Below are positions 1 to 10,509 of a stretch of 32,000 nt of DNA, in pieces. The stretch comes from Chitinimonas sp. BJYL2 (GTDB lineage: Bacteria; Pseudomonadota; Gammaproteobacteria; Burkholderiales; Chitinimonadaceae). The stretch covers positions 1,124,062 to 1,156,061 of the forward strand of contig NZ_JANZKW010000001.1 in the NCBI RefSeq assembly GCF_027257935.1, given 5' to 3'. The notes under the pieces were generated by a model, which was given only the letters and a program-made list of their open reading frames with translations, was not told where the DNA came from and made no database searches. How positions within the stretch are numbered: the first letter of the stretch is position 1; every line of letters starts with the position of its first letter. The position numbers and the translations under genes were made by a program.

Positions 1-389
1 ACGGTCAGTTGCTGGATCTGGAGCGCGGCACGGCCCCAGTCGCGCGCCACCATCAGGTTGAAGTCGCGCAACGGTCCGTCCAGCAGCGTGCAGTCCACCG
101 GGGTTTCGCCCGCAAACACAATGGGCTGCAAGGTTTGCTCCAGCCGCACGGGTGCGGACCCGTCAAAGCGCAGCGCCATGCCGGCACCCTCCAGCAGCAA
201 GAGCGTGCGGTCTACGCCGGGAAAGGCCGAGAACGGACCACCTTGCGCCACGGTGGCAATCGACAAGCGCAAGGCAAAGTCCGCTGGCCGTGCAGGGTGG
301 GGCAGCCGGAACAGCTCACAGGTGGTGCCGCCACCGTTCTTCCACGGCATATCGGTGTAATCGGCAGTACCTAGCAGACGATAAGACAT
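1..389 (-). CDS. HutD/Ves-family protein, partial (C-terminus lies beyond the window start)
   Basis: Not in the supplied ORF track because it runs off the edge. Reverse-strand translation from the ATG (complement of 387-389) gives MSYRLLGTADYTDMPWKNGGGTTCELFRLPHPARPADFALRLSIATV..., open to position 1 with no stop. The PWKNGGGTT-E motif is characteristic of the HutD/Ves family. Confidence 0.75.
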   Translation of the reverse strand, partial: MSYRLLGTADYTDMPWKNGGGTTCELFRLPHPARPADFALRLSIATVAQGGPFSAFPGVDRTLLLLEGAGMALRFDGSAPVRLEQTLQPIVFAGETPVDCTLLDGPLRDFNLMVARDWGRAALQIQQLT

Positions 390-431
390 GTCTGGCATTC
401 TAGCCGGCCGCTCACCACCCGGACGCGTCCC

Positions 432-1628
432 TTGATAACGCCACCGCCCTTTGCCGATGCCTGCCGCTTCTGGCTCAAGCTGGGGCTGATCTCGTTCGGC
501 GGTCCGGCCGGGCAGATCGCCATCATGCGTGAAGAGCTGGTCGAGCGCCGTCGCTGGCTCGATGCCGAACACTTCAACCACGCACTTGCCTATTGCATGC
601 TGCTGCCAGGCCCAGAGGCACAGCAGCTCGCGACCTACGCCGGCTGGCTATTGCATGGCCGCCGTGGCGGGCTGGTGGCCGGCCTGCTGTTCATCCTGCC
701 CTCGCTGCTGTTGATGCTAGTGCTGGGCTGGCTCTATGTGGGTTTTGGCGATACGCCAGTGGCCAGTGCCATCAAGCTGGGCGTGCAGCCCGTGGTGGTG
801 GCGCTGGTGGCGATGGCCCTGTGGCGCTTCGGCAAGAAGGGTTTGCAGGGCAGACAATCGTGGCTGCTGGCTATCTGCGCCTTTGTGGTGGGTTGGTGGG
901 CCTTGCTGCCGATCCCGCTGCTCTTGCTGCTGGTAGGCTTGCTGGGTTGGTGGCAGCGCGACCGCGAGCCCGACCTGGCTGCCAGGCCACCGCTGGCTTT
1001 TCGTCGCAGACTGGCTGGTATTGCCGCGTTTGTCGGCGTGTTTCTGGCGATCTGCCTGCTGCTTGCACCTACCGGGCGTCTCGGCGAAATTGCCTCGGTA
1101 TGCGGCAAGGCGGCACTGGTCAGTTTTGGTGGTGCCTATGCGGTGCTGCCGTACTTTTTCGATACGGCTGTGCGTGATTACCAGTGGATCACTGCGCCGC
1201 AGATGCTCGATGCCCTGGCGCTGGGCGAAACCACGCCGGGGCCGCTGATCATGGTACTGAGCTTTGTCGGCTATCTGGCGGCGGCGCCCATGGGCTGGGG
1301 TTGGCTGGGCGCGCTGACGGCCACACTGTTCACCTTTCTGCCCTCCTTCGTGTTCATTCTGGCGGGGGCGCCCCTGGTGGAAGCCAGTCGCCATCTGCCC
1401 GCCGTGAAGGCCCCGCTGGCAAGCATCAGCGCTGCGATTGTCGGCCTGATCGCACAGCTGGCCCTGATGCTGGCGCTGCATGTGCTGTGGCCGCAGCAAC
1501 AGATCGATTGGCTGGCGGCCGCGCTGGCGCTGGCGGGGTTCGGACTCCTGTGGCGTGGCGGGTCGGTGCCGTTGGTGCTGGGCTTGGGACTGCTTGCCGG
1601 CATGCTGCGCGCTTGGCTGATGCTCTGA
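432..1628 (+). CDS. chrA: Chromate ion transporter (CHR family, ChrA)
   Basis: 398-aa polytopic membrane protein with the duplicated CHR signature: N-terminal half ISFGGPAGQIAIMREELVERRRWL...MLLPGPEAQQLATYAGW, C-terminal half VSFGGAYAVLPY...ALGETTPGPLIMV. The start is uncertain: TTG at 432 with no clear SD, and no earlier in-frame ATG. Confidence 0.85.
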   Translation: MITPPPFADACRFWLKLGLISFGGPAGQIAIMREELVERRRWLDAEHFNHALAYCMLLPGPEAQQLATYAGWLLHGRRGGLVAGLLFILPSLLLMLVLGWLYVGFGDTPVASAIKLGVQPVVVALVAMALWRFGKKGLQGRQSWLLAICAFVVGWWALLPIPLLLLLVGLLGWWQRDREPDLAARPPLAFRRRLAGIAAFVGVFLAICLLLAPTGRLGEIASVCGKAALVSFGGAYAVLPYFFDTAVRDYQWITAPQMLDALALGETTPGPLIMVLSFVGYLAAAPMGWGWLGALTATLFTFLPSFVFILAGAPLVEASRHLPAVKAPLASISAAIVGLIAQLALMLALHVLWPQQQIDWLAAALALAGFGLLWRGGSVPLVLGLGLLAGMLRAWLML

Positions 1629-1647
1629 GCTGCCGGACAATGCCGGC

Positions 1648-2405
1648 ATGTGCCTGATCGGTTTTCACTGGGACCCCCACGGGCCCGTTCCCTTGCGCGT
1701 GGCGGCTAACCGCGACGAGTTCTACGCGCGCCCCACCGCGGCGGCGGCCTGGTGGGATGACGACCAGCGCCTTGGCGGCCGTGATCTGCAAGCCGGCGGT
1801 AGCTGGATGGGCCTGAGCCGCACCGGTCGTTTTGCTGCGCTGACCAACTACCGAGATCCGCGTCGCCACAAGCCCGACGCTACCTCGCGCGGCGCGCTGG
1901 TGGCCGACTTTCTGGCCAGCGATATCACGGCATCCGACTTCCTGCATGCCTTGCGCGGCCGTGCGAGCGCCTACAACGATTTCAACCTGCTGGTGTTTGA
2001 TGGTCGCTTGCTGCTGGGCTATGAAAGCCACACCGACCGTACCCTGCGCTTTGGCCGTGGTGCCCATGCCGTCTCCAATGGCGGTTTCGATTCCCCCTGG
2101 CCCAAGGTCGAACGTTTGCGTGCCGCCATGGCAGATGACACTAGCCTTGAGGCGCAATTTGCCCTGCTGGCCGACACGGCCATTGCGCCGGACGCACGCT
2201 TGCCGTCCACCGGCGTGCCGCTCGAATGGGAGCGGGCGCTGTCGGCACTGTTCATCCGCACGCCTGAGTACGGCACCCGCGCCAGCACGGTGCTGAGTGT
2301 ATCGGCCGGCCATTGCCAGTTCATCGAACGCAGCTTTGATCACGGCGTGTTTGCCGGCGAGCAGCGTTTTACCTTTAGTCCCCAAGCCGACGGAGCAGCC
2401 CCCGC

Positions 2406-2409
<4 letters not shown>
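1648..2409 (+). CDS. NRDE-family protein (DUF833, TANGO2-like), function unknown
   Basis: N-terminus is MCLIGFHW, followed by the literal motif VAANRDEFYARP that names the family. 253 aa. Starts 19 nt after the chrA stop, and its stop overlaps the next start (ATGA at 2406-2409). Confidence 0.8.
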
Positions 2410-3440
<1,031 letters not shown>

Positions 3441-3561
3441 ATGAACCGGCCAGTCAGGGTCCCGTAGCGTGCAATAAGCCCAAAGACCGCATTGCACCGC
3501 AAGCGGTCGGTGCCGCGACCTGATGCAATGCGCTGCGCTTATCGCACCCTGCGGGGATGAA

Positions 3562-3592
3562 AACAAAAACGGCCCGCTACGGGCCGTTTTGA
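3562..3592. terminator. Bidirectional intrinsic terminator between the convergent CDF and DHH genes
   Basis: Stem ACGGCCC (3569-3575) pairs with GGGCCGT (3581-3587) around a 5-nt loop. It is flanked by AAAACAAAAA on the left and TTTT on the right, so a U-tract follows the hairpin on either strand. Confidence 0.8.
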
Positions 3593-3610
3593 TGGGGTGC
3601 CGCGAGCTGA

Positions 3611-4540
3611 TCAGCCGTCGGCGTTGATCTTGGCAATCAGCTCGGCCTGCACCTGTGCCGCCTTGTCGTTATCGACCTGACAGGTGCCCGCGGCCAAGTG
3701 CCCGCCACCACCATACTTCAGGCACAGCTCGCCCACATTGGTCTTGCTGCCGCGATCCAGTATCGATTTGCCCACCGCGAACACCGTGTTCATCTTGTCG
3801 CGGCCCCACATGACGTGGATGGAGATGTTCGTTTCCGGGAACAGGGCGTAAATCATGAAGCGATTGGTCGCGTAGATCATGTCCTCGTTGCGCAGATCAA
3901 GGACCGCAACATTCTTGTGGACCGTGGTGCAGCGGCGGATCTGGTCCTTGGCCTTGGGTTCGTGCTCGAAGTACAGCTCCACGCGTTCGCGCACATCGGG
4001 CAGGGTGAGGATGTCTTCAATGCCGTGGTTACGGCAGTAGTCGATCAGGTCCATCATCAGCTGGTAGTTGCTAACGCGGAAATCACGGAAACGACCGAGG
4101 CCGGTGCGTGCATCCATCAGATAGTTGAGCAGCACCCAGCCTTCTGGGCTGAGGATTTCATCGGCGGTGAAGTCGGCCGAGTCGCCCTTGTCCACGGCCT
4201 CCATCATGTCGTCGCGTACCCGCGGGAAGGCCTTCTTGCCGCCGTAGTACTCGTACACCACGCGCGCCGCCGAGGGGGCAGTGGGCATGATCACATGGTT
4301 GTCGCGCTTTTCGTTGCGCACCGTCTCGGACAGGTGGTGATCGAACGCAAGGTGTATGCCGGGCACAAAGGGCAGGTTGGTGCTGATGTCATGGTCGCTC
4401 ACGGCGACCTTGCCATCCTGCATGTCCTTGGGATGGACAAACAGGATGTCGTCGATCAGATTGATTTCCTTGAGCAGCACGGCGCAGACCAAGCCGTCGA
4501 AATCGCTGCGGGTGATAAGGCGAAACTTGCGATCAGACAT
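3611..4540 (-). CDS. DHH-family phosphoesterase (homologs are often annotated exopolyphosphatase-related); substrate unknown
   Basis: 309 aa. Motifs RSDFDGLVCA (DxD), AFDHHLSE (DHH) and C-terminal YGGGGHLAAGTC (GGGH of the DHHA1-type domain). SD GGGAG lies 7 nt upstream of the ATG. Confidence 0.75.
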   Translation of the reverse strand: MSDRKFRLITRSDFDGLVCAVLLKEINLIDDILFVHPKDMQDGKVAVSDHDISTNLPFVPGIHLAFDHHLSETVRNEKRDNHVIMPTAPSAARVVYEYYGGKKAFPRVRDDMMEAVDKGDSADFTADEILSPEGWVLLNYLMDARTGLGRFRDFRVSNYQLMMDLIDYCRNHGIEDILTLPDVRERVELYFEHEPKAKDQIRRCTTVHKNVAVLDLRNEDMIYATNRFMIYALFPETNISIHVMWGRDKMNTVFAVGKSILDRGSKTNVGELCLKYGGGGHLAAGTCQVDNDKAAQVQAELIAKINADG

Positions 4541-4617
4541 CGTTGCACTCCCTGTTCAAGCTCGTTCGATCACTATGGGTATAGATCTGCCGGCGCAATG
4601 ACCGCCAGCACCGCAGG

Positions 4618-5562
4618 TCAGCTGTTTTCCTGTTTGACCACACGCATGGCGGTGGCGACCAAGCTGCCGACATCGGCCACATTGGCCGGCAGGATCAGCG
4701 TATTGCCTTCCTTGGCCAGCTGGCCGAAGGCTTCCACATACTTTTCGGCGACCTTGAGGTTCACGGCTTCCATGCCGCCGGGCATGCGCGTGGCCTGCGC
4801 CACCATGGCCAGCGCCTCAGCCGTGGCCTTGCCGACCAGCCGCAGCGCTTCGGCCTCGCCGGTGGCGCGGTTGATGGCGGCCTGCTTGTCGCCTTCGGAT
4901 TCGTTGACCATGGCCTGCATTTCGCCCTGCGAGCGCTGGATCGCGGCTTCACGCTCACCCGTGGCGATATTGATCTGCTCCTGCTTGCGGCCTTCGGACG
5001 CGGCGATCAGCGCACGCTTTTCGCGTTCGGCCGTGATCTGGGCCTGCATGGCATGGAGGATTTCCTTGGGCGGCGTCAGATCCTTGATCTCGTAACGCAG
5101 CACCTTCACGCCCCAGTTGGACGCGGCCTCGTCGAGTGCCGTCACCACCGTGTGGTTGATGTCGTCGCGTTCTTCAAAGGTCTTGTCGAGTTCCATGCGG
5201 CCGATCACGGAGCGCAGGGTGGTCTGGGCCAGCTGGGTGATGGCCAGCTCGAAGTTGCTGGAGCCGTAGGACGCCTGCTTGGGATCGGTGACCTGGAAGT
5301 ACAGGATGCCGTCGACCTGCAACTGGGTATTGTCCTTGGTGATACAGATCTGGCTCGGCACATCGAGCGGCACTTCGCGCAGATCGTGCTTGTAGGCGAT
5401 GCGGTCGATGAAGGGCACGACCACATTGAGACCCGGTTCCAGCGTGGCATGAAAGCGGCCGAGCCGCTCCACGACCCAGGCATGTTGCTGCGGCACGACT
5501 TTGAGTGCCTTCAGCGCAAAGATCAGGGCGACGACGAATAGGACGATGGCGGTAGTGGACAT
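4618..5562 (-). CDS. SPFH/band-7 (stomatin-like, slipin-type) membrane protein
   Basis: N-terminal TM helix, then LKVVPQQHAWVVERLGRFHATLEPGLNVVVPFIDRI...TKDNTQLQVDGILYFQVTDP and a coiled-coil C-terminal part. I prefer the ATG at 5562 because GGAG lies 6 nt upstream. The track start at 5580 has no SD and remains possible. Confidence 0.85.
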   Translation of the reverse strand: MSTTAIVLFVVALIFALKALKVVPQQHAWVVERLGRFHATLEPGLNVVVPFIDRIAYKHDLREVPLDVPSQICITKDNTQLQVDGILYFQVTDPKQASYGSSNFELAITQLAQTTLRSVIGRMELDKTFEERDDINHTVVTALDEAASNWGVKVLRYEIKDLTPPKEILHAMQAQITAEREKRALIAASEGRKQEQINIATGEREAAIQRSQGEMQAMVNESEGDKQAAINRATGEAEALRLVGKATAEALAMVAQATRMPGGMEAVNLKVAEKYVEAFGQLAKEGNTLILPANVADVGSLVATAMRVVKQENS

Positions 5563-5615
5563 CAAATTCTCCGGGGACATGCTAAGAGCGAATGCGGGTC
5601 ATGGCGAACGCGCTA

Positions 5616-6041
5616 TTACGCGTTCGCCGGGGGCGTGGCGGACAGCAGCAGGGTGTTGCCACGCTGGCCCACGATATAGAACGTGGCGGGGCGAGCGCTT
5701 TCGTCAGCCGGTGCATCGGTTTCGCCATCCCAACTGGTACCACGATAGCGCACACGTACGCTGGTCGGGCTGTGCCAGGTTTCGACTTCGACACGCTGAC
5801 CCAGATCGAGCGATTGCGGCCCGGCCGCGCGTTGCAGCGGATACTTGCGCAACCACATCGAGCCGCCCACAGCGCATGCCGCGGCCAGCGCCAGTTGTGC
5901 CGGGACGGGCAGGCCAGCCCAGGCTGCTAGCCCACCGACGCCGGCGGCGACCGCATACATCAGCAGATAGAAGGTGCCAGACAGCATCTCGGCGCCTGCC
6001 AGCGCCAAGGCCAGAATGAACCAGACAGCGTAGTTTTCCAT
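5616..6041 (-). CDS. NfeD-family membrane protein (short form, partner of the SPFH protein)
   Basis: 141 aa. Hydrophobic N-terminal half (WFILALALAGAEMLSGTFYLLMYAVAAGVGGL) and a soluble beta-rich C-terminal half (VEVETWH...VRVRYRGTSWDGE). Sits immediately upstream of an SPFH gene on the same strand, the classical nfeD-stomatin operon. Confidence 0.8.
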   Translation of the reverse strand: MENYAVWFILALALAGAEMLSGTFYLLMYAVAAGVGGLAAWAGLPVPAQLALAAACAVGGSMWLRKYPLQRAAGPQSLDLGQRVEVETWHSPTSVRVRYRGTSWDGETDAPADESARPATFYIVGQRGNTLLLSATPPANA

Positions 6042-6194
6042 GCGTGTGCAGCCAAGTCCTGAAAGTGGGGAACGCCTACTTTATAGTCTGCCCGCTTGTC
6101 CTCGGCTAGCCAGCTGGCAAGCGATTGGCCGGCCATGGCCATTCTGATTTACAATGCAGCCCCTTTGCCGTTCAGATTCAGGCACTTAACATCC

Positions 6195-8102
6195 ATGCTC
6201 TACCCCGAACGTTTCGATGTGATCGTGATCGGTGGCGGCCACGCCGGCACCGAAGCTGCGCTGGCCGCTGCCCGAATGGGCGTGCGCACGCTGCTGCTCA
6301 CCCACAATATCGAGACGCTGGGGCAGATGAGCTGCAACCCGTCCATCGGCGGCATCGGCAAGGGTCATCTGGTCAAGGAAGTCGATGCACTCGGCGGCGC
6401 GATGGCGCTGGCCACGGATATGGGCGGTATCCAGTTCCGCACGCTCAACGGCTCCAAAGGCCCGGCCGTGCGCGCCACGCGTGCCCAGGCCGACCGTGTG
6501 CTGTACAAGGCCGCCATCCGTCACATGCTGGAAAACCAGCCCAACCTCACGCTGTTCCAGCAAGCGGTGGACGATATCGTCGTCGAAGGCGAGCGCGTGG
6601 TCGGCGTCGTCACGCAGATCGGCATCCGCTTCGATGCGCCCACCGTGGTGCTGACCGCCGGTACCTTCTTGGCCGGCAAGATCCATGTGGGGCTGGAGAA
6701 CCATACGGGTGGCCGTGCTGGCGACCCAGCCTCCGTTACCTTGTCGAGTCGTCTGCGCGAGCTGAACCTGCCCGTGGGCCGGCTCAAGACCGGCACGCCG
6801 CCGCGCATCGACGGCCGCAGCATCGACTTCAGCGTGATGGAAGCCCAGCCCGGCGACGACCCGAGGCCTGTATTCTCGGTGCGCGGCAACCGCGCCATGC
6901 ATCCGCAGCAACTGCCATGCTGGATCACCCATACCAACGAGCGTACCCACGACATCATCCGCTCGGGGTTCGATCGCTCGCCGATGTTTACCGGCAAGAT
7001 CGAGGGCGTGGGTCCGCGTTACTGCCCCAGCATCGAAGACAAGATCAACCGCTTTGCCGACAAGGATTCGCACCAGATCTTCCTGGAGCCCGAAGGTCTG
7101 CAAACGCACGAGTTCTACCCCAACGGTATCAGCACCTCGCTGCCGTTCGATATCCAGCTGGCCGCCGTGCGCTCGATCCGTGGTCTGGAAAACGCCCACA
7201 TCCTGCGCCCCGGCTATGCGATCGAATACGATTACTTCGATCCTCGTGCGCTCAAGGCCACGTTCGAGAGCAAGGCCATCAACGGTCTGTTCTTTGCCGG
7301 CCAGATCAACGGCACCACCGGTTATGAAGAAGCCGCCGCGCAAGGCCTGTTCGCCGGCCTGAATGCCGCACTGCAAGTACAGGGCAAGGACGCGTGGACG
7401 CCAACGCGCGATCAAGCCTATCTCGGCGTGCTGGTCGACGACCTGATCACGCGCGGTGTCTCCGAGCCCTACCGCATGTTCACCAGCCGCGCCGAGTTCC
7501 GCCTGCAACTGCGTGAGGACAACGCCGATCTGCGTCTTTCTGAGGACGGTCGCCGTCTGGGTCTGGTCGGCGATGCGCAGTGGGATGCGTTCTGCCGCAA
7601 GCGCGATGCGGTGGCCGTGGAGCTGAGCCGCCTGCAATCGACCTGGGTCAACCCGCGTTTGGTTGAGGCCGCCGATGCCGAGCGCGTGTTCGGCCAGGGT
7701 ATCGAGCGCGAATACACGCTGGAGCAACTGCTGCGCCGCCCGAATGTGGATTACGCCAGCCTGATGAGCCTGCCGGTGGCCGGCCCCGGCGTGGACGCGC
7801 CCGAGGTGGCCGAGCAGGTCGAGATCCAGGTCAAGTACGCCGGTTATGTGGAGCGCCAGAAAGACGAAGTCGCCCGCCGTGCCGATATTGAAGAGGTGCG
7901 CCTGCCTGCCGATATCGACTACGCTCAGGTGCCGGGCCTCAGCAAGGAAGTCCAGCAGCGCCTGAGCCAGCAGCGGCCAGAGACCTTGGGCCAGGCATCG
8001 CGCCTGCAAGGCATGACGCCGGCCGCCATCGGCCTCTTGCTGGTGCATCTCAAGCGCGCCGGCAAAACCAAGACAGACCAGCCCGAGACCAAGACCGCAT
8101 GA
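6195..8102 (+). CDS. mnmG: tRNA uridine-5-carboxymethylaminomethyl(34) synthesis enzyme MnmG (GidA)
   Basis: [29 protein letters not shown] (FAD-binding GxGxxG), ...[24 protein letters not shown]. 635 aa from the ATG at 6195. The track start at 6096 adds a non-homologous 33-aa extension. Confidence 0.97.
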   Translation: MLYPERFDVIVIGGGHAGTEAALAAARMGVRTLLLTHNIETLGQMSCNPSIGGIGKGHLVKEVDALGGAMALATDMGGIQFRTLNGSKGPAVRATRAQADRVLYKAAIRHMLENQPNLTLFQQAVDDIVVEGERVVGVVTQIGIRFDAPTVVLTAGTFLAGKIHVGLENHTGGRAGDPASVTLSSRLRELNLPVGRLKTGTPPRIDGRSIDFSVMEAQPGDDPRPVFSVRGNRAMHPQQLPCWITHTNERTHDIIRSGFDRSPMFTGKIEGVGPRYCPSIEDKINRFADKDSHQIFLEPEGLQTHEFYPNGISTSLPFDIQLAAVRSIRGLENAHILRPGYAIEYDYFDPRALKATFESKAINGLFFAGQINGTTGYEEAAAQGLFAGLNAALQVQGKDAWTPTRDQAYLGVLVDDLITRGVSEPYRMFTSRAEFRLQLREDNADLRLSEDGRRLGLVGDAQWDAFCRKRDAVAVELSRLQSTWVNPRLVEAADAERVFGQGIEREYTLEQLLRRPNVDYASLMSLPVAGPGVDAPEVAEQVEIQVKYAGYVERQKDEVARRADIEEVRLPADIDYAQVPGLSKEVQQRLSQQRPETLGQASRLQGMTPAAIGLLLVHLKRAGKTKTDQPETKTA

Positions 8103-8737
8103 TCGGCCCACAACAAGAACAACAGCTCAGGGATGGGCTGGCGGCCATGAATTTGCCGCTGCCCGACGAGCAGATCGCGCGCTTGCTCGCCTATCTGGCC
8201 CTGATGCTCAAGTGGAACAAGACTTACAGCCTCACCGCCATCACCCAGCCCGAGCGCATGGTGTCGCACCATCTGCTCGACAGCCTCGCGGCTTTGACGC
8301 CGATTGCCGGCCACCGACCAGTCCGCATCCTGGATGTCGGCTCCGGCGGCGGCCAGCCTGGCATTCCGTTAGCTATTGTTCGCCCCGACTGGCAGCTGAC
8401 GCTGCTCGACAGCAATAACAAGAAGGCCGCCTTCCTGCAGCAGGCCGTCATCGAGCTGGGCCTCAAGAATGTCACCGTGGTGTGTAACCGTGTCGAGGCT
8501 GTGCAGGGCCAAGCGTTTGATCTGATCACCTCGCGGGCCTTTGCCGACCTGGGCGACTTCGTCAAACTGACGCGCCAGTTGCTGACGGCCGATGGTGCCT
8601 GGGCCGCGCTCAAGGGCGTGCAACCGTTTGAAGAAGTGGCCGCCTTGCCGGCCGATATCAGCAGCACGATCGAACCCCTCAACGTGCCCGGTCTCGGTGC
8701 CGAGCGTTGCATTGTATGGATGAGAGCCAAGGCATGA
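8099..8737 (+). CDS. rsmG: 16S rRNA (guanine527-N7)-methyltransferase RsmG (GidB)
   Basis: 212 aa with [13 protein letters not shown] and the SAM-binding [17 protein letters not shown]. The start overlaps the mnmG stop (ATGA at 8099-8102). Confidence 0.95.
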   Translation: MIGPQQEQQLRDGLAAMNLPLPDEQIARLLAYLALMLKWNKTYSLTAITQPERMVSHHLLDSLAALTPIAGHRPVRILDVGSGGGQPGIPLAIVRPDWQLTLLDSNNKKAAFLQQAVIELGLKNVTVVCNRVEAVQGQAFDLITSRAFADLGDFVKLTRQLLTADGAWAALKGVQPFEEVAALPADISSTIEPLNVPGLGAERCIVWMRAKA

Positions 8738-9501
8738 GCCGTGTGATCGCCATCACCAACCAGAAGGGCGGCGTGGGCAAGACCACCAGCGCCGTCAACC
8801 TTGCTGCAGGACTGGGGCAGGCCGGCAAGCGCGTGCTGCTGATCGACCTCGACCCACAGGGCAATGCCACCATGGGTTGCGGTGTCGACAAGCACGGCCT
8901 GGGCCGCAGCGTGTACCACCTGCTGCTCGGTCATGCTGAACTCGACGATGCCCGCGTAAAGACCGAACACGGTTTCGATCTGCTGCCGGCCAACCGCGAA
9001 CTGGGCGGTGCCGAAGTCGAGCTGATCGAGGTTGAGCGCCGCGAGCTGCGCTTGCGCGAAGCGTTGGTGAAAGTGCGCCGCGATTACGACTTCATCCTGA
9101 TCGACTGCCCGCCGGCACTCAATATGCTGACGGTGAACGGTCTGGCCGCGGCTGATGGCGTGATCATCCCCATGCAGTGCGAGTACTACGCGCTCGAAGG
9201 CCTGACCGATCTGGTCAACACCTTGCGCAAGGTGCGCGTGGCGCTGAACCCCAAGATCGAGATCGACGGCTTGCTGCGCACGCTGTTCGACCCGCGCTCC
9301 ACACTGGCACAGCAAGTGGTGGCGCAGCTGGGCCAGCATTTCGGCGACAAGGTGTTCAACACCGTGATTCCGCGCAATATCCGTCTGGCCGAGGCACCGA
9401 GCTTTGGCCGACCGATCTTTTCCTACGACAAGTCCTCGCGCGGTGCGCAGGCTTACCGCGAGCTCGCCGACGAGCTGATCGCACGTTTTCCCGGAAAATA
9501 A
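8734..9501 (+). CDS. parA: Chromosome partitioning ATPase ParA (Soj)
   Basis: [18 protein letters not shown] (deviant Walker A), LLIDLDPQGNAT, ILIDCPPAL. The ATG at 8734 overlaps the rsmG stop (ATGA). The track start at 8707 is an upstream extension. Confidence 0.95.
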   Translation: MSRVIAITNQKGGVGKTTSAVNLAAGLGQAGKRVLLIDLDPQGNATMGCGVDKHGLGRSVYHLLLGHAELDDARVKTEHGFDLLPANRELGGAEVELIEVERRELRLREALVKVRRDYDFILIDCPPALNMLTVNGLAAADGVIIPMQCEYYALEGLTDLVNTLRKVRVALNPKIEIDGLLRTLFDPRSTLAQQVVAQLGQHFGDKVFNTVIPRNIRLAEAPSFGRPIFSYDKSSRGAQAYRELADELIARFPGK

Positions 9502-9504
9502 GAC

Positions 9505-10356
9505 ATGGCAAAACTCAAAGGTTTGGGACGCGGTCTCGACGCGCTGCTGGGCAGTGCGGAACCCGTCGGTGAAGATCGCTTGCAGATTCTGCCCGTGCAT
9601 CATTTGCAGCCGGGCAAATACCAGCCGCGCAGCCATATGGACGAACACGCCCTGGCCGATCTGGCGGAGAGCGTGCGTACGCAGGGTGTGATCCAGCCGA
9701 TACTGGTGCGTGAACTGGGCGTGGACCGCTACGAGATCATCGCCGGCGAGCGTCGCTGGCGTGCCGCCCAGAAAGCGGGTTTGACCGAAGTGCCCACGGT
9801 CGTGCGCAAGGTCTCGGACGAAGTCGTGCTGGTGATGGCGCTGATCGAGAACATCCAGCGCGAAAACCTGAACCCGCTCGAAGAAGCCATCGGTCTGCAA
9901 AGGCTGATCGACGAATTCGGCATGACCCACGAAGCCTGCGCCCATGCCGTCGGCAAGTCGCGTTCCGCAGTGACCAACCTGCTGCGTTTGCTGAATCTGG
10001 CTGAGCCGGTGCGTGATTTGCTGATGCAGGGTGCGCTCGATATGGGCCATGCGCGTGCCTTGCTGACGCTGCCGGTGCTCAAGCAGATCGACACCGCCAG
10101 ACTGGTGGCCGAGAAAGGCCTGTCGGTGCGCGAAACCGAGAAACTTGCCCAGACCCTGCTGGCCGGCCAACCGGCCCCCAAGGCGATAGTCGAGAAGAAG
10201 GTCGATCCCGATCTGGCGCGTCTGCAGGAAGACCTATCTGACAAGCTCGGTGCCAAGGTGCAGATCGCGGCCGGCCGCAAGGGTCGTGGCAAGGTAACCA
10301 TCGAATACGGCTCGCTGGATCAGCTCGATGGCTTGCTGGCGCTGCTGAAACAATAA
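9505..10356 (+). CDS. parB: Chromosome partitioning protein ParB (Spo0J)
   Basis: KGLGRGLDALL N-terminal box, QPRSHMDEHALADLAESV, IIAGERRWRAAQKAG (GxRRxRA arginine patch), HTH region. Starts 3 nt after the parA stop. Confidence 0.95.
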   Translation: MAKLKGLGRGLDALLGSAEPVGEDRLQILPVHHLQPGKYQPRSHMDEHALADLAESVRTQGVIQPILVRELGVDRYEIIAGERRWRAAQKAGLTEVPTVVRKVSDEVVLVMALIENIQRENLNPLEEAIGLQRLIDEFGMTHEACAHAVGKSRSAVTNLLRLLNLAEPVRDLLMQGALDMGHARALLTLPVLKQIDTARLVAEKGLSVRETEKLAQTLLAGQPAPKAIVEKKVDPDLARLQEDLSDKLGAKVQIAAGRKGRGKVTIEYGSLDQLDGLLALLKQ

Positions 10357-10509
10357 GTAAACACAAGCCGGACACGCAAAGCGCCGGTGTGCCGTGTTGC
10401 AGTGCGACATCCGGCGTTGCTTTCGTAGTGCGGCTGTCGCGCTTACGAGCAGAAAATTTCACGAAAAAACAGGCGATTACGCCCAATAGTAGGGCGCGCG
10501 GCTTGACCT

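Noticed and set aside
6042-6194. Possible oriC upstream of mnmG (gidA), by analogy with E. coli. Also a TTGGCC-N19-TACAAT promoter-like pair at 6125-6155.
   Set aside because: The spacer is only 153 bp, and I found no TTATCCACA-type DnaA boxes or AT-rich 13-mers anywhere in the window. The promoter-like hexamers are 19 nt apart, outside the usual 16-18 nt, so I do not call them.
6096-6194. Upstream in-frame extensions offered by the ORF track for mnmG (6096), parA (8707), atpB (10707), atpA (13226), MOSC (26502), PAP2 (28557), GT4 (29366) and metE (31856).
   Set aside because: In each case a downstream ATG aligns with the conserved N-terminus of the family. It is also preceded by an SD or forms an ATGA overlap with the upstream stop. 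The extensions overlap neighbouring genes or add non-homologous, Arg/Pro-rich sequence.
6186-8111. 641-aa ORF antisense to mnmG. Similar long antisense ORFs occur at 8224-10170 (648 aa, opposite rsmG-parA-parB), 13229-14671 (opposite atpA), 15698-17155 (opposite atpD), 21407-23185 (opposite the TBDR), 3698-5095 and 1426-2553.
   Set aside because: These are shadow ORFs expected in high-GC DNA, where strong GC3 bias in the real frame depletes stop codons on the opposite strand. Their translations are low-complexity (Arg/Gly/His/Gln/Ala-rich) and show no recognisable motifs. The opposite-strand genes carry unambiguous conserved signatures.
10456-10471. parS-like sequence ATTTCACGAAAAAACA between parB and atpI. 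Also GTTCACGTGGAA inside atpF (12248-12259).
   Set aside because: Neither matches the palindromic consensus TGTTTCACGTGAAACA. The first has only the left half-site and a mis-spaced right half. The second is an imperfect palindrome inside a coding region. No convincing parS lies in this window; parS sites may be elsewhere.
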